Assembly (NCBI GenBank): GCA_050084985.1
Contig: JBITNC010000001.1
Coordinates: forward strand, 141,236,001-141,300,000
Direction: 5' to 3'
DNA length: 64,000 nt
Origin: Nageia nagi
Lineage: Eukaryota > Plantae > Pinophyta
Positions 33,301 through 48,602 of the stretch are shown one piece after another (within the stretch, counting starts at the first letter, position 1; each line of letters begins with the position of its first letter). The position numbers and the translations under genes were made by a program. Under the pieces are notes generated by a model. It saw nothing but the letters and a program-made list of their open reading frames with translations, was not told the DNA's origin and ran no database searches.

Positions 33301-36300
33301 CTCTGGGTATTTACAGTTTTCCTTGTGAATTTTACAAAGAATTTTGGGACATGGTTGGCCTTGACCTTCTTCATGTGTATCAAGAAGCTATGGCATGTGG
33401 CTCTCTTGGTACTATTATCAACAAAGAAAATGTTTAGTTTATTCCTAAATCTGGGGATACTAAGGCCACCACTAATTGGAGGCCCATTAACTTTTTGAAT
33501 GTCAACTATAAAATTATTGCTAAGGCTTTGTACTTAAAATTTAGCCCTCTTTTACCTCTCATTGTTAGACTGGAGCAATCAGACTTTGTTTAGAGCAAAT
33601 ATATTCTTGTTGTATGGGAGGGAATGGAATGGGTAAGATCCTTTGAAAAAGATATGTTGTTTATTAAAATTTATTTTGAGAAGCATATGAAAAAATTGAG
33701 TGGTATTTCATTACCTCCATGCTTCAGGCTCTTGGCTTTTGCCAATATTTTATCAACTCTATTCACATGCTCCTTAAGGATGCTTCAACTGTTCTTACTA
33801 TGAATATAAGCCAATATGAAAGTGTTCTTCTTGGGAGGTCGATGAGACAAGGTTTCACTTTTGCTCCTTCTCTTTTTATTTTAGCAGTAGAGGCTTTTGG
33901 TTATCTTCTTGCCAATAGAGTTTCTCAAGGCCAAATTTGGGGAATTTCTTTGCCTAACTTTGATCAACACCTTGTCAATGATCACTTCATTGATGATTCT
34001 TTTTTAACCATGAGACAATATAAATAATTAATTTTTTTTACTATTGATTGTATGAATATTTTCTACCTTGCCTCTAGCTCTAATGTGTAATGGAGATAAA
34101 TCTCTTGCTATAGGTAGTCTGCTAAGCCATTACTAGCTTGGCTCCTTCAAACCCAATGGTCCTAGATTCAATATGGGAAAGTTTTTAAGTTTTTAGGTAT
34201 TCCATTTTCCTTTCAAGGATCACCTACTTAGTTATGGAAGTATGTGGTGCAAAAAATGGTGAAGAAGCTCTCTTATTGGTCTTCTAAGAAGCTTTCACTA
34301 GCAAGGAAATACTATGAATATAAGCCAATATGAAAGTATTCTTCTTAGGTAATCGATGAGACAAGGTTTCCCTCTCTCTTCTTCTCTTTTTATTTTAGCA
34401 ACATAGGATTTTGGTAATCTTCTTACTAATAGAGTTTTTCAAGGCCAAATTTGGGGAATTTCCTTGCCTAACTCTAATCAACACCTTATCAATGATCACT
34501 TTATTGGTGATTTTTTATTAACTATGAGAGAAGATAAATAATTAGTTTTTGTTTCTATTGATTGCATGAATAATTTCTACCTTGCCTCTAACTCTAATGT
34601 GTAATGGAGATAAATATCTTGTTATAGGTAGTCTACTAAGCCATTACTAGATTAACTCCTTCAAACCTAATGGTCTTGGATTCAATATAGGGAAGTTTTT
34701 AAGTTTTTAGTTATTCCATTTGCCTTTCAAGGATCACCTGCTTAGTTATGGAATTATGTGGTGCAAAAAATGGAGAGAAGAAGCTCTCTTATTGGTCTTC
34801 CAAGAAGCCTTCACTAGCAAGGAAATACCAAATTTGCTCTAAAATTTTGGCTTCTATGTATTCGACTATTCTTTGTGCTGGGTCCCTTCTAATGATTGTT
34901 ATAATAAGATTGAAAAGCTATATAAAGATTTTTTATGGATAAAGGATGCCATTAAATTTTTTTTTTTATCGAGTTTCTTGGGATATTTGTTATCTTCAAT
35001 AGTCTTATGGTGGGATTGGTCTTTTTGATTGCCAAAAATAAGGTTTCTCTTTATGTACCAAATGGATAATATGATCCTTTTCGGGTAATGAAGCTTGGAA
35101 GATCCTCATTATACATTATATTATACGAGGTATTGCTTATAGGAAAACATTTTTACTAGGGCTAAGCCTTCAAGCCATTATCACTGTCTTTGTTCCAATT
35201 AAAATCCTTGGGTCCTTTTTGATTAAGAGTATTTGGAAATCTTAGAAGCCATGAAAGCTTGGTTATCTTGAAGAAAAAATAGTCAAAATATTGGAGACTT
35301 TATCTCTTATATTAATGTTTGGTGGTCTCTTGCAATCACCTATCAAGGCAATCTACTCTCTCAAGTTTAGTGGGTTAGAGATAAAAGATTCTATAGGTGA
35401 GAAATTGCTCATATTTATGACTTTTTCTTGTTCACACCATATACTAGATTCCTTGGGAAACTTTATTTTTTTTTATGCTTTAGGGAAGATGATAAAGCCA
35501 CTTATGATGTGGTTATTGAACATATTCCCTTCTCTACCTGGAGGAAGATTGATAGACATTTTTAGAAACCTTAGTGGATAGATTGGTATTAGCCTAAAAC
35601 ACTCACTATGATTCAATATAAAGCTCATATTGGGTATCGTTGGCTTTCATCTCATAATCCCTTGTGGAACCAACTCAATGAAAGATGTGATTTAGTTTCC
35701 CCTCCTTCCAAGTGAAGTTACAAATTTAAAATGGCATGGTCATCTTATATTGAGCTAAAATAATAATTCTTTGCTTAGAGTATTCTGCATCAAGGGTAAC
35801 CTATTTTGAAAAACCTATATGTATTTTTTGTGGGCATTCTAAAGATATCATACACCTCTTCTAGAATTGTAGGAGAGCTGAGCTTACATGGGCTTGGATT
35901 CTTTTTTTTTTAAAGATAATTTATGCTTAATGCTTTTTCTTGGTCATATACTCTTTTGGGAAACCCCTTTGAGTTTGCAGATGATAATTATGAAATTTGG
36001 AATATATTCAAAATTAGTACTCTTCCATTTATGGAAGACATGTAACAAAGCCACTTTTGCACCACAAGATATCCAAATCTCCTTTTCTCTTGCTTATAAG
36101 TATGTTATTTTCTATGAATGTTGGAGAAAGTGAATGTGGAGCTCTAGCACATTCGAATTTCTCCTTACACTATGAGTCGTGTGCCTCCTAATTCCTAGCA
36201 AAATCATTCTAGATTGTAGTCTCAATCTAGTAGAGGTGCCTATTTATGTCCTCCATCGCTTGGTGATAGACATTGGTCTCAGTCTTCCCATTACTGGAAG

Positions 36301-36767
36301 CACCTACATATTGATGGAAGGACTTCTTGTCATTCCTTTGGATGGGATGTTTGTCCTGTATCCTTTGAAATTATCATTCGTTAGGGAGATAATGCAGCTA
36401 CCACTAATGCGTTTGTGGCTACCACTAATGAGTAGAGTGTTCAAGGCATTATTGAACCTGATATCCACATTGATGATGATTGTGATGTGTTAGTTAATAC
36501 TCAAATAAGGTTGCAATATGTGGATAAGAAGGATATTTCCAACCCATTAATCCTACTTACTCTCATGCTTAACTATTTATGCTTGTGGTTGTTATGACAA
36601 TTTAATACCTTTTTAGTTGTTCTATTTTTGGTACATGCATGCAGTGAACTTTTTAATTTTGGTTTCCTAAACCTCAGGTTAAGGGTTAATATGCTCATGG
36701 GGTATGCCAATTCCAACCAACCCTTTTTTGTATGATTAAGATTTATTATTTAAATTTTTTTATCCAA
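30335..36767 (+). mobile_element. Near full-length decayed L1-like LINE
   Basis: ORF1 relic (KGPWTI, zinc knuckle YRCQSSIHKIKDC ~31150); APE endonuclease relic (WNV*GL ~31890, YGDFNMIE); RT (DKALG..FPCEFYKEFW, NWRPINFLNV, RSMRQGF..APSLF, FIDDS); A tail; 13-bp TSD AAAAATATAAATA (30322-30334, 36768-36780). Confidence 0.88.
33796..34826. repeat. 514-bp tandem duplication in the LINE RT
   Basis: TACTATGAATATAAGCCAATATGAAAGT... at 33796 and 34310; both copies end GCAAGGAAATAC. Confidence 0.92.
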
Positions 36768-38669
36768 AAAAATATAAATATCTTCAATTCTTGCTATACA
36801 TGCAATAATTCATAAGAATAAAAGGGACGATAATATTAATACCATTCAGTAGATACATATTTCCTAAATGGCATGACATCATTAACAATATCAAAAGTTA
36901 TATATTTTCCAATATTAAGAAATGTACTTCAATACTGATATGCCTCTAACAAAGATAAGAGAAGCTATATAAAACCATAAGAATATATGAAGTTTAAGTA
37001 AGGAATCCTTCCACATAAGAATGCAATATTTATTTAAATGATCATAAATTAATTAAGCCAAAAGACATTTTACAATGATAACATAGAGGTAAGAGATTAT
37101 ATGTATTTTCCTAAATATTTTTAAAATTAACATAATCGATATTAAAAAAATTTAAAAATAAGCCGAGTCATATTTTCAAATAAATTTCTATAAAAGCAAG
37201 AATGAATATCATTTTCATGTAACTCTTTTGCTCTTATAGCCTACATTGCTGATAAATGAAAGTTTCAAATTGCCAAAGATGTCTTCCTCAACAAGCTATG
37301 ATTTATTTCATCAAATGCAACAAACAATAGTAGTAGTCTGCCCATATCAACTCACCTTTCCCAACATCCTCCAAGTGCACACCAAACTAGGATATATGCA
37401 ACAAGGTTTATATGAAATAATTATATATATTTTTCCAACTTGCTGCCTATAAATTTGAATATTTATATTTTATATATTATTTATTTATTTATTCTATTAT
37501 TCATTTATATTGAAGATCAAATTTGCCAAGTGATAATTTTGTTACTAAACATCACAAACAATAATGCGTATTCCACCAGATGAAATGAAATGAGGGGATG
37601 GGCTTACGGATCAGCTTACACTCCTCACAAACTAATAGATCAAATCAAAATATAGTGAAAAGAATGGAATGATAATTGAAATAACTCAAAATGGATTTGG
37701 TAAATGGCACACAAACTATTAACAAAATGCCTTGTCAAAAATGTAGATGTGCACTATAGTGATTGCAAGAACACACAAAAAAGGTCCACAAAGCAATAAG
37801 TATCTCCATAACAAGGTTATAACAGTTCTATGAAGACCAATATAAAGAGAAGTAAAATGGTAAGGCTTGAATCATGACCTTAATACATGTTACTCCAATA
37901 AGGACCATCAATTTTCAACAAAATAAAAGCAAAGTCCAGATCTACGAAGCCCATAGACACCATAGGGTTTGAATGCAATAAATCAACTAGATCTTATGCA
38001 CTAAGCATGCAAATATAAGTTAAACCTATGACCTAACCATATATATATATATAATTTTTTAATAAATAGCTAACTATATATTTTTAATTTTTGATAGAAT
38101 CCATTAATTGTTTAACATTTCACAAGTGACATCCCAACTCTCCACCTCCCCTTGTAGATGTGTCACCGTAATCAAGTGTTTTCATAATATATCAATTCTA
38201 TATTATCTTTTAATCTACTTATGATGAATACTTTTGATTTACTTTCTCCTTTTATTTCACTTGCTTATGATCTGGTTATTATTATTTTTTTGTTTTCTTC
38301 TTTTAGTATTTGTATTCAATCTTTGTTCTAATATGGTGATGATCTTTCATGTCTTCTAGTGATTTTTCAATTAATTATCATTTCATTACTCATCCTTGAT
38401 GATTCATTACTTGTTTTTTTTAGCGTAGTTCTACGTTCTAACCAAGAAATTCAACATAATTAGTATAGAATTCTCTCTTGCTAAGATTCTTCTAAACATT
38501 GTAACCTTGTCCTTAAGAATTTTATATTATAGAGTAACTTCATCATTTTTTTTTCAATTTTTATGTTTTTTATTGTAATTCAATCGTTAGTATTTTATTT
38601 ATTTCCTTTTAAAGTATTTATTTATTTTTTACTTATGATGGTTTACCACTTATTCATACATAAGATTTT

Positions 38670-38932
38670 TATAGCACACATTTGTATCTTGCAACGTTGC
38701 ATTTAAAAGAAAAAGTTGCACTAGGGCAAGCATATCCACACTCTCATTTACAATAAATTGAAATTTACGAAGATATATTTTTGCGCAACACCCTTCTCCA
38801 AAATGTATTTTAAATGTGGTAGCCTTATCAATGCTTGTGGCATTTTCAATAGAATGATCGAGATAGATGTTACTTGGAATGTCATGGTTGTAGCCTATAG
38901 AAAGTAAGGCCTTTCTGAGGAGACATTGAGAA
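38670..38932 (+). pseudogene. PLS-class PPR gene fragment
   Basis: GKHIHTLI...DIFLRNTLL/MYFKCGSLINACGIFNRMIEIDVTWNVMVVAYRK*GLSEETL, typical PLS PPR motifs with stops and a frameshift. Confidence 0.75.
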
Positions 38933-41900
38933 ATAGATATTTTTTTAGTTTTATTAGGTTTTATTTTGTTTTGATCAAGACTGATTCAATTTTTTTTAAA
39001 AAATTGGTTTGGAATGAACCTTGGATAGGCTCATCTGAACCTGGTAACTATGACAACAACAACTAATGCATGCACACATGTTGATGTTGGAGGATACAAT
39101 TTTAGTATTCAAATATGAATACAAGTGTATTCATGTAGAGATACAATGAATTAAATAGAATTCATTTTTATTACATTCTATAATAAATGTTTCTTCCAAC
39201 TATTTTTTTCTTGTAATTATCAAATGCATTCATAGACAAATAAGTAGATCAATATGAAATGCAATATAATGTACTAATGAGAATAACATAGAGGAATTTG
39301 TTTTAACAATAACAAGGTTAATAACTAAGTAAGAATTATTAAACAAGCTATTTAAACTAACATCATTTTCTCCACTAGACTAAACATTAGACAACAAAAT
39401 TAAAACACAAGTTTACATCTCCCCTATTTGGTATTCAAGATCATCAATTCACCCTTTCATTTTAATGAGGATCATTTGTGTTTTTTCTACGGATTTCCCA
39501 CCATAGCTTGTATCTTTAATCTGAAAGTTAGAACTTCTTCTACCATGGCTTTGTCTCATCTCAATAGTTTGAGTGTGTTATTTCCAAAGACCTTTAGAGT
39601 TTTTCCCCACCTTGACCATGTCTACCTCCATCAGGGTTTGAATATGGTAGGGAACTTCATCTCTATGCATGATACACTTCTTATTCTAAGATAGCTTTAT
39701 AGGATTTCTTCCATAGCTCTTAGTATCCTCCAATATCTCTTATCCTTTACAAGCCATAGGTCAAGTGGAAAATTTACATGGGATGAGCTTCCTCCTTAGC
39801 ACTTTAGATATAGAATCGGATTGTGCTACCAAGTGGGAGGGAGGTCAACGATACATGACTAAGCATGAAGCAACAATAGGTAGTTAACATAGACTTACCA
39901 GTGCATCAACTAGAATAATGTTTATAAAATTGATAAATTAAAAAATCAATTTTGGGCCAAATTTTAAAAATTGAAAAGAAATGTTTTAAAAATAGGCAAA
40001 AAATCAAAATTCTTAAAAATAATACATAGGAAAAAATCACAATTTTTAGAAAAAATTAATTGAAGGGAAAATTCATGATAAATTACAAAATCATGATTTA
40101 TTGGCAATTTTCTAAACATTGGGCCATAATCAACCACTTCCTGTAGACAGGAAAGCCCATCTCTACTCTACGAGATTCCTTGCTGTGGAGTCGATAGTTG
40201 ATACCTTGCTCCACATTTCACAATTTTTTATTTTATAAAAATTTTAATTTTTTTCTAATATTTTATCAAACATAATATAGGTAAAGTCAATGTTTAATGT
40301 CCTTTACACCTATTGGTTTGTAGGACATATCAAGAGCTTTTAAATATCACTAATTTAGGAGATGAGAGTAGAACTTGATACGTTCAATGAGGGTGCCTTC
40401 AAACATCACTTGCCTCCCAACTCCCTTGACAAGAGGTGATAACTTACTGTTTGGAGGTTTTAACAAACATCATCATATTGTGCTTGGTATGGTTTTAGAA
40501 TTTTGTTTTTATGATTTATTTTCATGAGGTGGTTGTGAGTGATTATGGTCAATTATCCTTGGGAGTATTCTTTTTTTTTTGGAATATCTATGCATTGTTC
40601 AATGTTTTTATTTATATGAGAAATAATAATTCAAATACTTAATTGATATATATTTACTTCTATATAAACTTTGATAGGTTTTACGAACCAAATGGTTTAA
40701 AAAGATGTTAAAAGATAAGTATCTATCTATCTATCTATTTTCCATACCTCATACACTATTTGATGCAATATGGCACTTCATTTGTATTCACTGACTAGAT
40801 TTTAATATGTCATTCAACCATCATTCAAGGTCATATTAAAACTTAAGGGGTCTTACAATGTATGTGCAATTTGGATATTAATCACATCATTGATACTATG
40901 AGAAATGGAAATTGCACCGCATTTAAAGAAACAAATAATTGGAATGATAGAAAGCTATAAATTAAAAGTATAAAAGCATGTTGAAAATTGGAAATTATAG
41001 GAAGCAAAATGAAGTTGGAAAACACACTTACTTAAAAGTAAAAAAACCAATCCTAAGGGTTAGAATTGGTGATTGCAGTCTCTAAAATACATAACATAAT
41101 AATATATATTTTTTTACATACAAGAATTACAAAAAAACATAGATACATGAAATTTGAATTGAACTTGAAAATATAACTAGTGAAAGAATTTGATTCAATA
41201 ATTAGTGGTGGGTGGATCCATACCCTTACCAATATCATATTCAACCTTTCTTAGAGAAACTCAAATTGGAATAAAAACTCTGTTATTTCTTAATTCAATA
41301 GAAACATGACATAACACCATATTCCTACAAGGGATGAACTTCAATTTGTTCTTTGCAACGATATCTATCATTCTATCTTTCTTCTATATTCCTAACTGAG
41401 ACATATCATCTATTTATACATGTTACATATAAGTTACAGATAATAGAATTGAAACCATATATAGTTACACATTGATGACAAACATGTTTGATTCTTTTAT
41501 TCCATTTAACTGAAAATGGTTTCTTAGCCATTTAATTGATCTTCTTCTTGAATAAAAGTGACTGCATCCTATTCTCTTTTGCAACCCCAGGTCAATCATG
41601 CTTTCCTCTCGATTTATGAATCAGCATCTTATGGGTGTATAACACTTAACTGCAAATTACTTTAGCCATTATACTAACTACAGGAAATTACAAGTTGTAT
41701 ACTAGTGCAAGCACACATTTTTACTGGTTTCAAAAGGAAACACAAATTTAAAAAGTGTACAAAAACTACATAATTCTATGGGTCATCATCTTGTTGAACT
41801 CTTATATGTTACATGTTCACATGCAACACCCCCATGCTTTTGTTGCACCATTTTGTTGAGGTCAAGAAGCCTCAAGTATCATTTTCAAATAGGCATGTAA

Positions 41901-44900
41901 TGCCCACTAAATATAGCTATTGCTTCCCACTTTGATCTCAATTCTGAAGATGTTGACATGTTAATCTCTATATAATGGGAAACATGGTACCATAAGTAGG
42001 GTTGGTGATATTTGGCTCCATACCATTCCAGATTATCATTAACCTCTAGTTCAACCTTCTATAGAGGGAACTTCATAATGGCCTTCTAGAAATTAGGTTA
42101 GGAGATTGGATCCCTTATTTTTAAAGTAAGAGGAAAAAAATAAAATCTATCCATTAGCATTGTCAAGGAATATTAAAAAATAAATTATATATTGGTTGAA
42201 CTTGTTGACAAACCTCACTTGTACTAACTTGATATTTTTGATTAGCTAGTAGTCTTAAAATTTGAAAAAGGTAAAATTGTTCCCTCAACATCAACGTATA
42301 TAGTTTTGGAGATGGCCTACATTTCCTCAATAGGGGAATCAACTATTCTATTATTTCTAATCTTTCTTTAGCATACTTATTTACCTACCTTAATATTTTA
42401 ATCTCTTCATATTCTAGGGCATTTTCTTCTCTTGAATTATTCAATTCCTCCCTCAATTATTAGTTTTTGCAAAGAAGTAATTTATTTTATTTTGCATTTT
42501 ATCAAAAGTATGTTTTCCACCTCTAATGATTCTAAGGAAAGAAATAACATGATCCATAAATGGAATTACTGTTACCTTAGGATTAAAAGGATGAATCAAT
42601 TCTTAGATTTGATTCAAGACTCTAGGACTCTTGTGAAGGGATCTAGGATCTATTCTAAGATTATAAATGGAAGGGGAATATCACTCACACTTAATAAAAG
42701 TGATGCAAGCTTTAAAGTATGATGCCATCAAGAAGTTGTTCACTTATGAAAGATACACAAAATCCCTTAACATCAAATGTATTAAGGATATTACAATGAG
42801 AGTTGTAGTCAAGGTGATTTATCAAAAGCTCTACTACAAAGTCACACCAACTTATTTTACAACCATTCAAGGAAAACTAGTTGATGATATAATGGTGGTT
42901 AGGAAGAGCTATCACTTGGATGACATATGTTTAATTCAACTCAAAGAGAATGATCATGAATGTAAACTACCAATTGGGAATGCAGATAAGGATTTTAGAT
43001 TCAATTATTTCCTTGTTATGGTAGTAATGTATTTTTTGAAATAAGTACTCAAATTGATGGGAAGAATAGTACCATATCCAACTAAAACTATGGTTTAATA
43101 ATTATTAAATAATGAAACTATCAACCAAACCATGTGGGAATGGGCTAACTATATCATCTCCCTGATCAAAGGCCAAGAGCAAATTCCCAAGAAGGTGATT
43201 TATGATTTCATGCTAACAAAACCAACCATACAATTTGAATTGGACATTAAGGATACTATGGTACAAAGAATAGTACTAGATATACCTCTTTTCATTATAT
43301 TTTTTCCATATTAAATTACCTACGATGTAGTAATCAACTTGTAACTTTGATCTAACCTCTCAATATTGAAGAAATGGAAATTAATCTATAAGGAGAAAAA
43401 ATGGTTTGGATAAAAATGAAACCCACAAATTATGTTCTTGATTAGTCTAGTTGTAAATCCCAAGGAATAACTCGCCCAAAAATAAAATACCAAAATAATT
43501 TACCCCCATTACTTTAGGATCCACTACCACTTCCTCCCATCAACCATTTGAATCACCTCCTCCATTGCTAAAACATAAAAAAATATCATATTTTATAGTC
43601 ACTAGTCAACTATAATATTTCTTTAGCATCAGGATATACCGTTATAGTTAAAATAATATAAATCCTTCCCAAATATTCACATAGAAATTATTGAATCATG
43701 TATGATGAAGAGGTACAATACCACCTAGATGTTCTGGTCTCTACCACAACCTTCATCAACACTACCATACCTAACTGGGCATAATCACCATCCCAATCAA
43801 CTATTGATCATGCCTTTCATCAAATAGAACATGGGATGATTGAAGAGGGAAAGAAGATTAACCCCATACTAGTGATACACAAGAGTCTATTTAGGAAGGA
43901 ATACACCAAGAGCATCTCATTGAGAAAAATTAGCAATTGAATCGAGCACAAGGTAGAAGTACACTAAAAATAATCTAGATGTTTATGAAGAAACACCACT
44001 ATTAAATTCAGTAAAAATACTTTATGGGACTATGGTGGAATAGTTCAAATCCCTAACATATCATCACCACTTGGTGAGACATAACAAGCTCTCACATCAT
44101 CTCCATCAAAAGCATCAACATTAATGACAACACTTGGATCTAAACCTACACCCATTCTTGACATATCAACATCTATGAGTTAAGCATCACTTTTTTCTTC
44201 AATTTACCAAATACCATTATTTACTACTTTTGGATCATAGTTGTAACCCATCTCAATTCCCACCTATTCTACTATATCCACCGTATGACAACATTCTACA
44301 TCCTTCTTATTTACTCAGCAATATGCCAACCATATTATACTTAAGCTATTTATCCCAACTAGATGGAAAACTCTCATATCTAGAAATGTACTAACCAAGC
44401 ATATTTCTATATTGAATTTCATAAGAAAAGAACCTTTCCTCTCCCCAACACAATTAGTGACCACAAAGGAGTATTAATATCTAGAGCCTACCAATACTAC
44501 AAGAGTTAATCTACCTATAGAGAGATAAAAAGTTCACCATATATCAAACCTTGTTAGTATAACAGGTCCAATACAACAATGTACAAAAATGTTATATTGA
44601 AATGTTACATAAAATCACCTAGATATTACCAAATATTCAAATCCCACTTGAATTAACAACCTATGATAAAATGAACCTACTTTTAGATAAGATAATTTAC
44701 TAGCCACAACAATCCATTAATCCATAAATGATGACCGTAGTCAAAGAGCATATTTCAAGGTTGACCATAGATGAAAACCAATCCAACACTGATACAATAT
44801 TATGGTCCACAATTGATACTCAAATGGTTTAAGAAAAGAAATTGGAGGTTGGGAAGCATGGAATAATGGTTGCAAAAGTTAATAAGTAATTGGAAAATTG

Positions 44901-45494
44901 CAAACTAGCATATGTAGATCTAAATGTGATTGTCAAAAATAATCCCATGGCTTAGTTTTGATCTAAAGAGATTGATGGCAAAATTTCCCAATATAAGATC
45001 AAAATTGATGAACTTCATAAAAATATATTAGTAGGAGAAGACTACCATTAGGATATAGTAGAATTTGATAGATAACTATTGAATATCAATACCAAGAAAT
45101 GCAAAATTCAAATCATAGCCAAAATTGTTTGCTAATATCTACAATATCTAGACAAGAAGCATGATTAGGAACTATTACTATTGAAAAAGGAGATCATCAT
45201 ACACTCCCAAGAATAAGACCAAGAAAAAATAATTGGAGGGCGTACTAATTTAAAATTCATCCTCATAAATATTTAGGACCACCTATCATTTTTTTGGGTA
45301 CAATAATGTTAGCTAGAAAATAAACACAAAGCAATCCACCTATCAATCTTCTTAGAAGCACTGATAGTTTATCTCCAAAATCCAATCATGCTTCCTCAGA
45401 AGAAAGATGGAATACTAGTGATTGATGCTAAGGTAGCAAGAAAGAATTATTTTATCCCTTAGTTCAGAATGAAGAAAAGTGTATAAAATATATA

Positions 45495-46003
45495 TGGTCT
45501 GATTGAAGGAACTAACACTAACAAGATAATTACTAAACAACCAAGATCACATGAGAGCTATCAATTCACATCTAACTATCACACAAAGCAATCTCACAAA
45601 GATAACACAAGATGTAAGTGGTTCCTCCAACTAGGAGTACATCCACTAACTAGATATTTACTTCAATCACAAATACAACTCTCTTACAATTCTCCTAACT
45701 CATCTCCTAAACACTATCCTATAGCATAACTTTACTCCACAGTTGGTGTGTGATCACAAAGAGGGAGCCTTCTATTTATAGGCCAAAATCCTTCTTTGGA
45801 TCACCTTTTTATCCAATGTACAAAAGCATGACATGCACATCCTTTTACCCAAGGGGCATGCTCATGACATGGAGTGTAGGAAAAATTACATTATCATATT
45901 CATTTAAATACTTAAGGTATCAAATGATACCCTTAACTATTAGTGAATTTACATAGAAGATTTAATACAAACCTTTACAATAATGCATTATACATTCCAA
46001 CAC
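45495..46003. repeat. Probable solo LTR (copia-like); related sequence at ~61900-62010
   Basis: Ends ...CATTCCAACA; shares the core GTGGTTCCTC...TACATCCACT with ~61970-62003; contains TATTTATA. Confidence 0.4.
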
Positions 46004-47792
46004 TGATGTGGTGAAATATTGTAAAGACATTGATTAACAAATATAAATGATTGTGTACCTCTTTTTGATAAAGGAAATAAATCAAAATAAGAAAATATAT
46101 TTTGTCTACTAATTTATATGATGATTAGAGTTTAAGATAAAAGAGGCAAACTAAAAAGAAACTAGATAAAAGAAATAAGAAAAAGATAAAATACTAAATA
46201 AAAGCTAAACAATAAAAACAAAGAGATTAATGATAACAAATAAAAAAGAACTTAAAATAAAATGATGTAATTGAAAGAAAAGAACCATTAAGGAAAATAA
46301 ATATTAAAGAAAAGAGTATACAAGTAAAATATTTTAAAACAAAATGAAGGATGAGGACTTCTTAAAATCCAATACTGGAAATAAGAAGCTGATACCTAGG
46401 AATCATCCTAAAATACGAGTTACTTCCCTATGGTATATTTTGCCCTAGGATTCTTATATGAACAATGTGAGGAGGTTCATAATACACAAGAATTATTTGC
46501 TTATTCATCAAGAAAATTCCATAGGATGTTCATATATCTATATGAATTATAGATTCTAATTATTCCAAAAAAATTCAATAAAAGAAATTCTTTAGGATAG
46601 AGAATGAAGATAGAACGAGATTATTTAAGATCATTGAGTTAATTTTCTTAGCATGTCATATGGACCATAATGATTCTTAATTATATTTCTATATTATGGA
46701 CTCAAAATGAGTTGGGGTATATGAGCTAAGTCACCATTATACATGAATCAAAGATACAATGGGTGATATACCACCTTCTTGAAAGATGATTGGTTTATGA
46801 CTAGAACCACACTTTGTAAGAAAGTATAGATTGAAACAAAATGATTTTTGAGAAGAAAAAATAGATTGAAAAAGAGACCCTTCAAAAGAAATGGTAAAAT
46901 ATCCAAAAACTCAATGCCATACTATAGAATAAATAAAATGAATAAGTATGGAGAAAGAAAGAATCATCAGAGATCAAGTGTATGTACAAACTTCTTATTA
47001 GATTTATCAAAGATCTTGGACCTTCCTTACAAAATCCAAGGTAAAATAGAGAAATATTTATTCAAATAAAGAAATTTTTATGGTTAGGAAATTATGATAC
47101 ATAATAAAAATCTTTTTATTTAAATAAATGCTTGACGAATTTCCTTAAAGGAAGAATCAAACCTAGAATTGGCAAGAAATGTACTTTTTCTATGGCCTTT
47201 ATTAACCCCACAAATAAATCTCTATTGCACCACAAATACTTGGTTTTGAAATTCTTATGAACTCATACCTATTAAATTTCTTGTACAATCACACAAAGTT
47301 AGATGGATTGTGGAATGGTTACCAAAAACTAAATTGATTTATGATTTGAGTAATTACTTTGTGTAGAATTATGATTAGAATATTACTTCCCCAAATAAAA
47401 GAAATAGACATGGATCATTCCAAAACTCTAAATTAATGAACAAAATAAGTTGACATCAACCTAAACAACTAGAGACATATTCAACAACCTAAACAAAATA
47501 CTGATAGAAAATAAAAAATAAATAAATATAAACAAGATTATATGTATTTTTTATTAGTTATAAGTATGTTTATTTTATTATATAATATATTTTAATCTAC
47601 ATTTATCTTTTACAACTAGTAGGTCTTAGTTACAACTTGCAAGTGATCATTATAGGATGGGATTACCTTTTTATTATAATTAAAATAGAGCTTTGGAAAG
47701 ATCTTAAAATATTTTACACCATCATAAAGATATTAAATCCATTTCTAAAATAAAATAACTATAGATGGATATAGTGGGAGTAATTATAAATC

Positions 47793-48602
47793 CATGGTTT
47801 TCACAGATTGAGGGATAAGGGGATGGGGAAATGAGGGGATGAGTCCCCAAGGATGATAGGGGATGACGACCCAATTTTGGGAAAAGTAGATATTAGATAT
47901 AGTTTGAATGTTTCATTCATCATTAGCATTCATGATTCATACATGGACCAATTTAAATATGTAACATACTTTTAAAATGAAAATCTATAACTACTAATAT
48001 ACTAATAAGTAACATGTAACATGATTATAAAATGAAATTCATAAATTTGAATCATAAATGATAAATCATAAAATGATGAATAAGAATAAGCTATAAATAT
48101 AGTCTAATAAACATAGTCAATAATAATAATGCCATCAAGTTTGAATATGCTGAGGCCCAAAAACATAGTCTTTGACATGAATATGTCAAATAAGTCAAAA
48201 ATGATAAATAAGTGTAAATAAAAAATAATTGCAATGTGAATATAAACACATATTTTTAGGTTTGAGGGGTGGAGACCCTTGTGGGACCCACCCCCTAAGG
48301 TTTATGAAATTATTTAAAAAAAAAAAGTTGAGATTTTTTGTTTTTTGTTTTTAGTGTGCAAGAGGGGGGGGGGGATGACTAGTCATATTTGGGGATGACC
48401 AATCATCCCACAGCCATCCCCTTTTCAAATTTTAAAAGGAAACATCCTCAAGGCCTTGGAAATCATCTCAAGGATGTCCGCTTCATATGCCCTAAAAAGG
48501 GGATGATGGGGAAACATCCCCTGAGGTATCACCAAGTCTTAGGGATGTGGGGAAAGGGGAAATGAGAAAAAAGGGTGGGGGATACATCCCTTGATAATGT
48601 TG
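47793..48602. mobile_element. Non-autonomous hAT MITE (~810 bp)
   Basis: 8-bp TSD TATAAATC (47785-47792) / CATAAATC (48603-48610); imperfect TIRs (CATGGTTTTCA / TGATAATGTTG); many GGGGAT/ATCCCC subterminal repeats; no ORF. Confidence 0.75.

Noticed and set aside
42400-47500. Decayed gypsy-like internal sequence and short ORFs (e.g. 42667-43044)
   Set aside because: Probably old TE debris, but no diagnostic domain or termini could be identified by eye.
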